64,000 nt of DNA from Bacteroidota bacterium (GTDB taxonomy: Bacteria; Bacteroidota; Bacteroidia; JABEUT01), in NCBI GenBank assembly GCA_013289165.1, contig JABDAL010000004.1, forward strand, positions 6,935 through 70,934, given 5' to 3'. This document shows positions 1 to 9,821 of this stretch, piece by piece. A program made the position numbers and the translations under genes. Every line of letters begins with the position of its first letter. Position 1 is the stretch's first letter. Under the pieces are notes generated by a model. That model had not been told where the DNA came from. It saw only the letters and a list, made by a program, of their open reading frames with translations, and searched no databases.

Positions 1-470
1 TGGCGGATGTGCGAAACAGGCAAATTGGATTTGTATTTCAAACTTTCAATTTGCTGCCCCGCTCAACTGCGCTGGACAATGTTACCCTTCCATTGATTTA
101 TGCCGGAGCGGATAAAAACACCCGTAAAAAAAGGGCGGAAGAAGTGCTGAACCAGGTTGGACTAAAAGGAAGGATGGGACACAAGCCCAGTGAGCTCTCA
201 GGGGGACAAAGACAACGGGTTGCCATTGCCCGTGCCTTGGTCAACCACCCTGCCATTATATTGGCTGATGAACCAACAGGCAACTTAGATACCAAAACAT
301 CCATTGAAATAATGGCCCTTTTGAATGATATTCACAAAAACGGAAATACGATAGTATTGGTAACCCACGAAGAAGACATCGCCCGTTATGCACACCGCAT
401 TATACGTCTAAAAGATGGTAACGTTGAATCGGATGAAATTAATGCGCAACCGATTACAGATTTTAATTAG
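1..470 (+). CDS. ABC transporter ATP-binding protein (MacB/LolD-like); 5' end lies outside the window
   Basis: ORF 9..470 has Q-loop FVFQ, signature [15 protein letters not shown], Walker [12 protein letters not shown] and H-loop VTHE. The frame stays open back to base 3, so the GTG at 9 is not the real start. Confidence 0.9.
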   Translation, partial: ADVRNRQIGFVFQTFNLLPRSTALDNVTLPLIYAGADKNTRKKRAEEVLNQVGLKGRMGHKPSELSGGQRQRVAIARALVNHPAIILADEPTGNLDTKTSIEIMALLNDIHKNGNTIVLVTHEEDIARYAHRIIRLKDGNVESDEINAQPITDFN

Positions 471-495
471 AACTCTGAAGTCTTAACATCCCTTG

Positions 496-567
496 TAGCC
501 CCGCTAGGAATCGAACCTAGATCAGAAGTTCCGGAAACTCCCATACTATCCGTTGTACTACAGGGCC
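496..567 (-). tRNA. tRNA-Arg (anticodon CCG)
   Basis: I hand-folded the reverse complement. Acceptor GGCCCTG/CGGGGCT (two G-U pairs), D arm GTAC..GTAT, anticodon stem GGAGT/ACTTC with loop TTCCGGA, T arm CTAGG-TTCGATT-CCTAG, discriminator A. No encoded CCA. Confidence 0.85.
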
Positions 568-616
568 AATATGTAAAATGGGCTGCAAAAGTAGGAAGAA
601 TTTAGCTTTTAGCGGT

Positions 617-3600
617 TTATTCCTCATCCGCAACCTCATGTAAAGCAACTTCCATGTGGTTTTCCTTTATAAAATTGCACCAGTGGCAATCCTCTTTACC
701 GCAACCCTTGCTAAACTCATGGTTTTGTATTTTTTGCCAAGTGTCGGTTATCTGCTCAATAACAATGGCAATATCTTCTTTTGGGATAAGTATTTTCTCT
801 GTTTTGTATTGGTCTTTCACCGGCTCTATGAAATCAAATTCGGAACTAACAGCATTCCAGTCATTGTATTTCTGGTTATCTAAAAGTATTTTATAAAATA
901 CAGCCTGCCTCCAGTAATCGCCACCTGTTTTATCCTTTTCATTTGGGGCTTTTAATTTGATTCTGGCATTATCATAGCGGCCCGTTTTATAATCTACTAC
1001 GTTTACTTTCTTTCCATCAAATTCCAGCTTATCTAATTTACCATTGAGCGGCACGCCTTCCACTTCCACATTGCGGATATTTTTTTCCAGTATCACAATC
1101 CTATTCCACTTGTTAATGTAGTAATCATAATAGGGCGGGAGTATCTTATTCCCGTATTCCATTTTACGCTTGTATTGCTCCTTTGTAAAGGATTCCCGGT
1201 TGCGGTACATATACCTTTCAAAATCTTCCAGCATTATTTCTTTAGATGGGAATGTATTTTCATTTGTTTTCATCTTTTCAAATAGAGCCTGCAACGTAGA
1301 ATGTACTGCACTTCCAAATGCCATAGATTCCCCTTTTGCAGCAGGAACTTTAATAAGGTTTTGGTAATAAAATTTTACAGGGCACTCCAAATAATTATTA
1401 AGATGTGTAACACTCAGGGAATAATTTTCAAGGAGGGAATCTAAATAGCTTTTGTCTACCAATTCAATTTCGGGTGCGGCCTTTGAGATATATCTCAATT
1501 GCAGGTATTCGGTTAGTATTTTTTCTTCAGCCTTTTCCTTTTTCTCAGCAATACCCGTACCTTCTATTATTTCCCCGACAAATGCAGAGCGCTCCAGCAC
1601 TTTGTTTTTATTTTCATTGTCCATTACGGAATATGAAATAGCCAAATGTGTTTTAGCCCTCGTCATCGCAACATAAAACAATCTGCGGGCTTCTTCCAAT
1701 TCATCTACTTCATATTTTTCGGAAGAAAGATTGTCGGGCAGCCTGTATTCAAAGGGAGAAGAAGATTTTTTGTCGTCCCATGTATTTTTATTGCAACCGA
1801 TTAAAAATACGTATTCATATTCTGTACCCTTGGAACCATGTGCTGTTACAAGGTTCACGCCATCCGCTGAAGAATTTACTTTAACCAAATCAAAGCGGAT
1901 ACGATTATTTTTCATAGTTTCAATCATGTCCAACAACCTTTGCAGGGAGATGGAAGGGTCCTTATGGGTTTCCGCTTTTATAAAATCAAACAGGCCTGTA
2001 ATTACCTGCATCAGCCAGGCTTTTTCATCCGAGTTAACTATATAATTAAGTATCCCTGCTTCCCGCACTAATTCTTCAAACAAGCCCTGCAAGGTGAGAT
2101 TGGAAGCAGCTTTTATAAGTGTTTCCAGCGCATTGCTGACTTTCTTCATTTCATTTTCTTCTTCGGTGCTAAATAAGTTGGGTGTAGGGCTTTGTCCTTC
2201 CTCACTAATAGCGCGGCGTATGGAATTCCTTTCACTTTTACCACCATAATTACTTTGTGCCACTTTAAGGCTTAGTCTTGCAATATCAATGGGAGATATT
2301 TTAAAAAAATCAAAATGGAGGATTTCAAAAAGCATTTCATCTCCACTATATGCCACATCTATTTCGGCAGCTATATATTCCAGCAGGGTAAGTATTTTAT
2401 GAATGAAAGGCAACTCAAGCAAATTGACATTCCGTTTCATAGTATAGTGAATACCTTTCTTATCAAGATAGTTTACTAAATCCTCCACCTGCCTGTGATT
2501 ACGGTATATAACTGCTATTTCCGAAGGTTTTATTTTCTCGTTGAAAATTAATTCCTCTATCTTATTTGCCACGCAAATGGCTTCATTAGGAGGGTTCGGA
2601 AATTCAATAATTTGAGGAAGTATTTTTAATTCTTTGAGAAAAGGATTAGAAGCAACCAGGTTTTTATTCAATGAAGAATCATCATTGATAATTCTTTCCT
2701 TATTATGTTCAATAAGGATTTTAGCCGCATCAAGGATATTCTGCGTAGAACGGTAATTTTCAGTCAGCACTACTTTTTGAAGGCCGTTTGAATACTCATT
2801 TGCAAAATCACGGATGTTTTTTACGTTAGCATCCTGGAAGGAAAATATAGACTGGTCATCATCACCTACTACAAACACATTTGGGGTATCCCAGTAATTA
2901 ATCAGGTGTTCCAGTAATTGCTTCTGCGAACCGCTTGTATCCTGAAACTCATCCACCAGAAAGTATAAACAGCGCTCCTGGTAATTCAGCAAAATATTAT
3001 TGTTTTCCTTGAAAGCCTTCAATACCCATAATATCATATCATCAAAGGTGTAGCGCTCTTTTTTGCGCATCATCTCTTCGTATTTCGAAAAAAGAGTAAC
3101 AGCCTCTTTCAGCTTATTCATGTACTCTGTTTCCTCTTTTATCCTGTCCTGGTTAGGCTCTCCGGCTTTGAATTGCTTATAATTTCTTTTATAAAAGAAC
3201 CCATCTTTTGTAGGAAGCCTGGTTATATATGAATCTATTTTATTATTCAACTCACTCAAATCCCAGGCTTCTTTTTTAATAAGTGAAAACAAATTTTTCA
3301 CTTTAGGTATTTCATAGTTTACATCACCTTTGAATTTCTTCAACAAGCTATCCGGTGCTACATTATCCAGTAGTTCTTTGAATAACTCTATCTCTTCCAA
3401 TTCAGAAATTGCTTCTAAATTCTGTTTACCAAAATAGGTAAGGTTATCCTGTATCACCTCATTGCAAAAGGAATGAAAAGTATGAATATGCACCCTATAA
3501 GCTATGGGCCCAATAAGGCTGAAAAGCCTGTTGCGCATTTCCACTCTTCCCGTATCGGTATAGGTGAGGCAAAGGATACTGTGTGCCGGAGTATCTGTTT

Positions 3601-3772
3601 CTTGCAAAATCTTGCCTATGCGAGTAGCCAGAATTTGAGTTTTCCCGGTTCCGGGCCCTGCTATAACAAGTACCGGTCCTTCAATGTGCTCGACAGCCTG
3701 TCGCTGGGCAGCATTTAGCTTTTCAAAGGCTTGTGCAAAAGCCAGTTCATATTGTGAGGGAAATTTGGCCAT
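617..3772 (-). CDS. UvrD/PcrA-type superfamily 1 helicase fused to a C-terminal PD-(D/E)XK (Cas4/AddB-like, Cys-cluster) nuclease domain
   Basis: 1051 aa. Walker A AGPGTGKT, motif II DEFQDT, GSKGTEYEYVFL, VAMTRAK. C-terminus has VDYKTG...QAVFYK plus Cys in ECPVKFY and CGKEDCHWC. Confidence 0.85.
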   Translation of the reverse strand: MAKFPSQYELAFAQAFEKLNAAQRQAVEHIEGPVLVIAGPGTGKTQILATRIGKILQETDTPAHSILCLTYTDTGRVEMRNRLFSLIGPIAYRVHIHTFHSFCNEVIQDNLTYFGKQNLEAISELEEIELFKELLDNVAPDSLLKKFKGDVNYEIPKVKNLFSLIKKEAWDLSELNNKIDSYITRLPTKDGFFYKRNYKQFKAGEPNQDRIKEETEYMNKLKEAVTLFSKYEEMMRKKERYTFDDMILWVLKAFKENNNILLNYQERCLYFLVDEFQDTSGSQKQLLEHLINYWDTPNVFVVGDDDQSIFSFQDANVKNIRDFANEYSNGLQKVVLTENYRSTQNILDAAKILIEHNKERIINDDSSLNKNLVASNPFLKELKILPQIIEFPNPPNEAICVANKIEELIFNEKIKPSEIAVIYRNHRQVEDLVNYLDKKGIHYTMKRNVNLLELPFIHKILTLLEYIAAEIDVAYSGDEMLFEILHFDFFKISPIDIARLSLKVAQSNYGGKSERNSIRRAISEEGQSPTPNLFSTEEENEMKKVSNALETLIKAASNLTLQGLFEELVREAGILNYIVNSDEKAWLMQVITGLFDFIKAETHKDPSISLQRLLDMIETMKNNRIRFDLVKVNSSADGVNLVTAHGSKGTEYEYVFLIGCNKNTWDDKKSSSPFEYRLPDNLSSEKYEVDELEEARRLFYVAMTRAKTHLAISYSVMDNENKNKVLERSAFVGEIIEGTGIAEKKEKAEEKILTEYLQLRYISKAAPEIELVDKSYLDSLLENYSLSVTHLNNYLECPVKFYYQNLIKVPAAKGESMAFGSAVHSTLQALFEKMKTNENTFPSKEIMLEDFERYMYRNRESFTKEQYKRKMEYGNKILPPYYDYYINKWNRIVILEKNIRNVEVEGVPLNGKLDKLEFDGKKVNVVDYKTGRYDNARIKLKAPNEKDKTGGDYWRQAVFYKILLDNQKYNDWNAVSSEFDFIEPVKDQYKTEKILIPKEDIAIVIEQITDTWQKIQNHEFSKGCGKEDCHWCNFIKENHMEVALHEVADEE

Positions 3773-3779
3773 GTTATTA

Positions 3780-4502
3780 TTATCTCAACTCAAACTTTTC
3801 ACCCAAATATAATTTACGGGCCTCCGGGTCATTGGCAAGTTCTTCCGTAGTTCCTGCTTTCAATATCCTACCCTCATACAGCAGGTAGGAGCGGTCACAT
3901 ATTGAAAGAGTTTCGTGTACGTTGTGGTCGGTAATAAGTATTCCGATATTTTTCTTTTTAAGGTCTGACACAATCTTTTGAATATCCTCCACAGCAATAG
4001 GGTCAATACCTGCAAAAGGTTCATCAAGCAATATGAATGAAGGGTCAACTGCGAGACAACGTGCAATCTCAGTTCTTCTCCTTTCCCCGCCGGAAAGTAC
4101 ATCGCCCCGTGCATCACGAATATGTGTTAATCCAAATTCATCCAATAAGGATTCTACTTTGCTTTTTTGCTCAGCTTTAGTCAGCGAGGTCATTTCGAGC
4201 ACCAGTTTCAAATTATCTTCCACACTTAGCTTGCGAAACACCGATGGCTCTTGTGGTAAATAAGATATTCCCATAGTGGCTCTTTTATACATGGGCTGCT
4301 TGGTAATAATTTCATCATCCAGGAAAATATCACCTTCATTCGGTTTCACAAGCCCCACTATCATATAAAAGGTAGTAGTTTTACCTGCACCATTGGGGCC
4401 CAGCAATCCGACTATTTCCCCTTTTTTCACTTCAACAGAAACCCTGTTTACTACAGTGCGCCGCTTATATTTCTTAATTAAATGAGATGTGCGTAAAATC
4501 AT
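3780..4502 (-). CDS. lptB: LPS export ABC transporter ATP-binding protein LptB
   Basis: 240 aa. [35 protein letters not shown]. Length and sequence pattern are typical of LptB. Confidence 0.85.
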   Translation of the reverse strand: MILRTSHLIKKYKRRTVVNRVSVEVKKGEIVGLLGPNGAGKTTTFYMIVGLVKPNEGDIFLDDEIITKQPMYKRATMGISYLPQEPSVFRKLSVEDNLKLVLEMTSLTKAEQKSKVESLLDEFGLTHIRDARGDVLSGGERRRTEIARCLAVDPSFILLDEPFAGIDPIAVEDIQKIVSDLKKKNIGILITDHNVHETLSICDRSYLLYEGRILKAGTTEELANDPEARKLYLGEKFELR

Positions 4503-4511
4503 TGCGCAAAG

Positions 4512-5372
4512 TTAACCTTCTAAATTCATCAGGTAGTGCCCGTAGCCGCTTTTAAGCAGAGGTTCTGCAAGCTTTTTCAGCTGGGTTTTATCAATATATC
4601 CCATACGGTAGGCTACTTCTTCAATACAACCTATTTTCAGGCCCTGCCGCTCCTCAATGACCTGTACAAACTGGCTCGCCTGCATGAGTGATGCAAATGT
4701 TCCCGTATCAAGCCATGCAGTACCACGGTCAAGTACACTTACTTTCAGCTTGCCCATTTCAAGGTATTTTTTGTTTACATCAGTAATTTCATATTCGCCT
4801 CTTGCGCTTGGCTGGAGGTTTTTGGCAATTTCCACTACCGAGTTATCGTAGAAATATAATCCCGGCACGGCATAATTTGATTTAGGGTTTGCCGGTTTTT
4901 CCTCAATGGAAATCACAGTATTATTTGCATCGAATTCTGCCACTCCATACCGCTCAGGGTCTGACACGTGGTAAGCGTATATAATTCCTCCGTCGGGATT
5001 ATGATTTGATTGCAAAAGCCGTCCCAATCCTCCGCCATAAAAAATATTATCTCCCAATACCAATGCTACCTTTTCTTTCCCAATAAACTTTTCTCCAATC
5101 ACGAATGCCTGGGCAAGTCCATTGGGCACCGGTTGTTCAGCATATTCAAATTTACAACCCAATGATTTTCCATCCCCCAGCAATCTTCTAAATCCAGGCA
5201 AATCATACAGAGTTGAGATGATGAGAATTTCGTTAATACCCGTCATCATCAGCACTGACAGGGGGTAATAAATCATAGGTTTGTCATAAACCGGCATTAA
5301 CTGCTTACTAATAGCCAGTGTGAGGGGATGGAGACGGGTGCCCGCGCCTCCTGCCAAAATGATTCCTTTCAT
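4512..5372 (-). CDS. rfbA: glucose-1-phosphate thymidylyltransferase
   Basis: 286 aa. N-terminal [18 protein letters not shown], and RmlA-like sequence throughout. Confidence 0.9.
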   Translation of the reverse strand: MKGIILAGGAGTRLHPLTLAISKQLMPVYDKPMIYYPLSVLMMTGINEILIISTLYDLPGFRRLLGDGKSLGCKFEYAEQPVPNGLAQAFVIGEKFIGKEKVALVLGDNIFYGGGLGRLLQSNHNPDGGIIYAYHVSDPERYGVAEFDANNTVISIEEKPANPKSNYAVPGLYFYDNSVVEIAKNLQPSARGEYEITDVNKKYLEMGKLKVSVLDRGTAWLDTGTFASLMQASQFVQVIEERQGLKIGCIEEVAYRMGYIDKTQLKKLAEPLLKSGYGHYLMNLEG

Positions 5373-5403
5373 GGGTTCTGGTTATAAATAGGATGCTAAA
5401 CTA

Positions 5404-5411
5404 CAAACATA
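5404..5411 (-). promoter_or_regulatory. candidate -7 promoter box (TATGTTTG) for rfbA
   Basis: Matches the Bacteroidota TAnnTTTG consensus on the minus strand, 31 nt upstream of the rfbA ATG. Confidence 0.4.
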
Positions 5412-5436
5412 ACTGATAACTCATAATTATAGATGT

Positions 5437-5444
5437 TATCTTTG
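5437..5444 (+). promoter_or_regulatory. candidate -7 promoter box (TATCTTTG) for the PLP enzyme gene
   Basis: TAnnTTTG match 24 nt upstream of the ATG at 5469. It overlaps the ORF-track start at 5433, which argues for the 5469 start. Confidence 0.45.
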
Positions 5445-5468
5445 AGGCAAATAATCGCTTATTCAATT

Positions 5469-6608
5469 ATGAAATTTGCAACAAAAGCCATCCATGCAGG
5501 GCAGGAACCCGACCCTTCCACAGGGGCTATAATGACCCCTATTTTCCAAACTTCCACTTATGTGCAGGCAGCTCCCGGCAAGCATAAAGGCTTTGAATAC
5601 TCCCGTACCCATAACCCAACCCGCAAGGCTTTAGAAGCCAACATTGCAGCCCTGGAAGATGGGCAATACGGGCTTTGTTTTAGTAGTGGCATGGCTGCTG
5701 AAGATACAGTTATAAAGCTTTTAAAACCCGGTGATGAAGTTATATCCACAAACGATCTCTATGGAGGGTCCTTCCGGATGTTCACCAAAATATTTGCCAA
5801 TTATGGAATAAAGTTCCATTTCGTTCCGATGGCAGAACCTAAAGAGGTAGCCAAACTTATTAATAAAAATACGAAGCTTATATGGATAGAGACTCCGACC
5901 AATCCTATGCTTAATGTTATTGATATTAAAGCAATTTCTGCTATTGCAAAGAAGAATAAAATACGGGTAGTTGTGGATAATACCTTTGCCACGCCCTACC
6001 TGCAAACTCCTCTAAATCTTGGAGCGGATATTGTTGTCCATTCAGTAACAAAATACCTCGGGGGGCATTCAGATGTAGTAATGGGGGCTCTTGTATGTAA
6101 TGATGCTGCGTTATCGGAGCAACTACATTTTATACAAAATAGTTGCGGGGCAATTCCTTCACCACACGATTGCTTCCTGGTGTTAAGAGGCATTAAAACC
6201 CTGCATGTGCGCATGGACAGGCATTGCGAAAATGCATTAAAAGTTTCAAAGTACTTGGTTTCCCATCCCAAAGTAGGTAAGGTTTATTTCCCGGGATTGA
6301 CAACTCACAAGAACCACAACGTCGCCAAGCAACAAATGAACGCCTTTGGGGGGATGATGTCCTTTACATTAAAAGCTGACAATATTAAAGAGGCACATAG
6401 GGTTTTATCCCGCTTTAAGGTGTTTTCGCTGGCAGAATCATTAGGAGGAGTAGAATCTCTTTGCGGGCATCCGGCTACTATGACACATGCTTCTATTCCG
6501 AAAGAGGTACGTGAAAAATCGGGTGTGGTAGATTCGCTCATTAGATTAAGTGTGGGCATTGAGGATGCAGATGACTTGATAGAAGATTTGAAACAGGCTT
6601 TAAAGTAA
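5469..6608 (+). CDS. Cys/Met-metabolism PLP-dependent enzyme (cystathionine gamma-synthase / gamma-lyase / beta-lyase family)
   Basis: MKFATKAIHAGQ N-terminus and PLP-lysine motif SVTKYLGGHSD. Start moved from 5433 to the ATG at 5469. Confidence 0.85.
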   Translation: MKFATKAIHAGQEPDPSTGAIMTPIFQTSTYVQAAPGKHKGFEYSRTHNPTRKALEANIAALEDGQYGLCFSSGMAAEDTVIKLLKPGDEVISTNDLYGGSFRMFTKIFANYGIKFHFVPMAEPKEVAKLINKNTKLIWIETPTNPMLNVIDIKAISAIAKKNKIRVVVDNTFATPYLQTPLNLGADIVVHSVTKYLGGHSDVVMGALVCNDAALSEQLHFIQNSCGAIPSPHDCFLVLRGIKTLHVRMDRHCENALKVSKYLVSHPKVGKVYFPGLTTHKNHNVAKQQMNAFGGMMSFTLKADNIKEAHRVLSRFKVFSLAESLGGVESLCGHPATMTHASIPKEVREKSGVVDSLIRLSVGIEDADDLIEDLKQALK

Positions 6609-6614
6609 ATTACC

Positions 6615-7400
6615 ATGATAGACTTAACAGGAAAACGGGCATTGGTATGCGGGAGCACGCAGGGCATAGGCAAGGCTTCTGCTATGGTACTTGCCAAACA
6701 GGGTGCAAGTATAACTTTAGTTGCCCGTAATGAAGATACTCTCCAACATGTTGTAAAGGAACTGCCCGCTTCTTCTGCTCAAAATCACGATTACATTGTT
6801 GCAGATTTTAACCAGCCGGAAGAACTGAAAAGGAATGTAGAGAAATATTTATCGGGCAGTAATGAGTTTCATATTCTTATAAACAACTCCGGGGGACCTC
6901 CGGGCGGAGAAATTATAAATGCAAAAGCAGAGGATTTTATCCAAACATTCCAGGGGCATTTAATATGTAATCATATACTTACCCAGTTGCTTGTTCCGGG
7001 CATGAAGAAAAATAAATATGGACGGATTATAAATGTAATCTCTACATCCGTAAAAGAACCTATTAAAGGGCTGGGGGTATCTAATACTATCCGTGCTGCT
7101 GTGGGCAGTTGGGCTAAAACAATGTCGTTCGAGCTTGGCCCCTTTGGTATTACAGTAAATAATGTACTTCCGGGCTCTACGGAAACAGCCCGCATTGAGG
7201 AAATAATAAAAGGCACTGCCAGTAAAACAGGCAAGACGCCGGAACAAGTAAAAGCTGATATGATAAGCAAAGTTCCAGCCGGAAGATTTGCAACGGCAGA
7301 TGAGATAGCTTATGCGGTAGCATTTCTTACCTCACCCGAAGCTGCCTATATTAATGGTATTAACCTCCCGGTGGATGGGGGAAGGACAGGCTGCTTATAA
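6615..7400 (+). CDS. SDR-family oxidoreductase with a non-canonical active-site motif
   Basis: 261 aa. Cofactor motif GSTQGIG, NNSG, and C-terminal PVDGG. SNTIR sits where YxxxK is expected. Confidence 0.8.
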   Translation: MIDLTGKRALVCGSTQGIGKASAMVLAKQGASITLVARNEDTLQHVVKELPASSAQNHDYIVADFNQPEELKRNVEKYLSGSNEFHILINNSGGPPGGEIINAKAEDFIQTFQGHLICNHILTQLLVPGMKKNKYGRIINVISTSVKEPIKGLGVSNTIRAAVGSWAKTMSFELGPFGITVNNVLPGSTETARIEEIIKGTASKTGKTPEQVKADMISKVPAGRFATADEIAYAVAFLTSPEAAYINGINLPVDGGRTGCL

Positions 7401-7429
7401 TATTATAGAACATACTACGTTATGCGGAT

Positions 7430-7897
7430 ATGAAAAAGCGGCTATTGATTAGTTTATTATTATTCATGTCCTTCGCGTTTATAGTGGAATCCTGCAAAGA
7501 GAATGGCTGTTCCCGCGCTTTGGTTAGCACTTATCAGGCTCATGAAACTGATAAAATGACAGGGGACTGCATGGGTTGCCATAGCCCCAATGGGGGAGGC
7601 ACGGGATGTTTTAGGGTAGGAGGGACTGCTTTCGATAGCATACCTGCCGACAGCGCCGTAAAAAATGCTATTGTAAAATTATATACACAGCCAAATGGGG
7701 GAGGGGAACTGGTTGTTACTTTGCAAGTAGATAAAAGCGGTAATTTTTATACTACATCTCCTGTTTCTTTTGCCAATGGCTTGTATCCTGCCATAGTTTC
7801 AGGGCAGGGGAATATCCGGTACATGCCCAATGCGACCATTACCGGGGCATGCAATAGTTGCCATGGAGTAGTGAATAATACCATTTGGGCTGATTAA
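7430..7897 (+). CDS. small lipoprotein with two CXXCH (c-type haem attachment) motifs
   Basis: Signal peptide plus lipobox-like FIVESC. CMGCH near the N-terminus and CNSCH near the C-terminus flank a beta-rich middle segment. Confidence 0.6.
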   Translation: MKKRLLISLLLFMSFAFIVESCKENGCSRALVSTYQAHETDKMTGDCMGCHSPNGGGTGCFRVGGTAFDSIPADSAVKNAIVKLYTQPNGGGELVVTLQVDKSGNFYTTSPVSFANGLYPAIVSGQGNIRYMPNATITGACNSCHGVVNNTIWAD

Positions 7898-7901
7898 TAA
7901 A

Positions 7902-8813
7902 ATGCGAATGAGAAAAAGACTTTTACTACTATTATTTATTCCGACTATTTGTTTCTCCCAGTCGGGTAGAGATAGCTCTTCTAAAGCCATATTACCCTCT
8001 GCCTGGAATGATGAAAGGTTGATTAGTTCTCCCACCACGAAAACAGTTGCACCCGGAAATATGGAAGTATACTTTATGCACCGATTGGGCAGTATGGGCG
8101 GAGCATCTAATGGAGGGTTTCACACCCTATATGGATTTGATGTAGCTTCTGATATTTTATTCGGATTTGATTTTGGTATAACCAAAAAATTCATGATTGG
8201 CATCTGCCGGAGCAAGCAGCAGGAATTAATTGATGTTTACGGAAAATATAGATTGCTGGAGCAAAAAGCTAATGGATGCCCTATTTCGCTAGCAGTTTAT
8301 GAAGATGTAGGTATTACTCCGGAAGATACTACTACTTTATATAGCGGTACATCAGAAGGGGCTAACAGGAGAAGTATAGCAGACAGGTTTTCTTATCTTT
8401 CACAAATTATTATCGGTTCGAGAATTACTAAAAACCTTTCACTGGAAATTATACCTACCCTGTGCTACAGAAACCATATACTGGAAGCGTATAACTACAA
8501 TAACAATACTTATGATGAGAATGCGCTGCCAGCCATTGGCTTGGCGGGGAGGTATATGTTTAATAAAACAATAGGCGTGGTAGTGGATTACTACTACATT
8601 GTGTCAATATACAGAACGGATAATCCCAATTCTACTTACTATAATGCTCTTTCGTGCGGGATAGAGTTAAACACGGGCGGACATGTTTTTGAAATTAACC
8701 TAAGTAATACTTCCGGATTAGTTGGAAATAATTTTATTCCCTATACAACAGACACCTGGCTGAAAGGGGGCTTTAAACTAGGCTTTACAATTTCCAGAAA
8801 TTTTAACATTTAA
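7902..8813 (+). CDS. putative outer-membrane beta-barrel protein (resembles the uncharacterised DUF5777-type family; assignment from memory)
   Basis: 303 aa with a signal peptide (LLLLLFIPTICFSQ). Alternating Gly/Tyr/aromatic strands. Starts 4 nt after the stop of the CXXCH lipoprotein gene. Confidence 0.5.
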   Translation: MRMRKRLLLLLFIPTICFSQSGRDSSSKAILPSAWNDERLISSPTTKTVAPGNMEVYFMHRLGSMGGASNGGFHTLYGFDVASDILFGFDFGITKKFMIGICRSKQQELIDVYGKYRLLEQKANGCPISLAVYEDVGITPEDTTTLYSGTSEGANRRSIADRFSYLSQIIIGSRITKNLSLEIIPTLCYRNHILEAYNYNNNTYDENALPAIGLAGRYMFNKTIGVVVDYYYIVSIYRTDNPNSTYYNALSCGIELNTGGHVFEINLSNTSGLVGNNFIPYTTDTWLKGGFKLGFTISRNFNI

Positions 8814-8835
8814 TACCGTATCCGGTAGTGTTTTT
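8814..8835 (+). terminator. candidate rho-independent terminator
   Basis: Hairpin TACCG-tatc-CGGTA followed by GTGTTTTT, immediately after the stop at 8813. Confidence 0.4.
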
Positions 8836-8879
8836 ATATCTTTCGCCCAAATTTAATTATCACCTAAAACCAATAATAC

Positions 8880-9314
8880 ATGAAAAAAGCCGAGATTCAA
8901 ACTGAAAAAGGTACAATGAAAGTAGAATTCTTCGAAAAGGATGCACCGGGAACAGTAGCCAATTTTATTAAACTTGCATCAGAAGGGTTTTATGATGGGC
9001 TTAAATTCCACAGGGTAATACCTGATTTTGTAATACAAGGAGGTTGCCCTAATGGAACAGGTACTGGAGGACCAGGCTACACTATTATGTGCGAAACATC
9101 GGGAGGCAACCAATATCATGACAGGGGTGTATTAAGTATGGCACACGCGGGGCTCAATACAGGAGGCTCCCAGTTTTTTATCTGCCACAGCCGCACAAAT
9201 ACGAAACATCTTGACAGGAAACATACCTGTTTTGGTAAGGTGGTTGAAGGCCTGGATGTGATTGATAAAATAAAACAGGGAGACGTAATCAACAAAATTG
9301 TAATTACGGAGTAA
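8880..9314 (+). CDS. cyclophilin-type peptidyl-prolyl cis-trans isomerase
   Basis: 144 aa. [26 protein letters not shown]. Confidence 0.9.
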   Translation: MKKAEIQTEKGTMKVEFFEKDAPGTVANFIKLASEGFYDGLKFHRVIPDFVIQGGCPNGTGTGGPGYTIMCETSGGNQYHDRGVLSMAHAGLNTGGSQFFICHSRTNTKHLDRKHTCFGKVVEGLDVIDKIKQGDVINKIVITE

Positions 9315-9354
9315 TGTTCCCGAATGTGGATTAAGTAAATTAAATAAAACGTAA

Positions 9355-9811
9355 ATGGTCCGCATTACTCCACCCGGTCTAAATATACAGATACGCTCAG
9401 TTACCGAAAGCGATGCTATCTTCATAACGACGCTTTCAAAACAATTGGGGTATTCACTGAGTATGGAAGAAACGGTTAAAATATCCGTAAAGTACTTGCT
9501 GATAAAGACCATGCCGCATTCGTGGCTTTTATGGATAGTCAAGTTGTAGGATGGATACACATTTTAAGGGCCATTCGCATTGAATCAAAACCATTTATTG
9601 AAATAGCGGCTTGGTGATTGATGAAAATTACCGGAAACAAGGAATTGGTAAACTCCTTGTAAACAAGGCGAGAGAATGGACAAAGGAAAAGCATATCGAT
9701 AAATTACGAGTTCGTTGTAATAGAAACCGAACTGAAGCACATCAATTTTACCATGCATTGGGCTTTACAGAATTGAAAGAACAAAAGGTTTTTGAAGCGA
9801 CTATTGACTGA
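9355..9811 (+). pseudogene. GNAT N-acetyltransferase disrupted by two -1 frame changes
   Basis: Three consecutive frames join into one GNAT: ..IQIRSVTESD..EETVK | NIRKVLADKDHAAFVAFMDSQVVGWIHILRAIRIESKPFIEIAA | LVIDENYRKQGIGKLLV..HQFYHALGF. The frame breaks are at about 9478-9481 (A run) and about 9606-9612. Confidence 0.7.
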
Positions 9812-9821
9812 TAAAACACTC

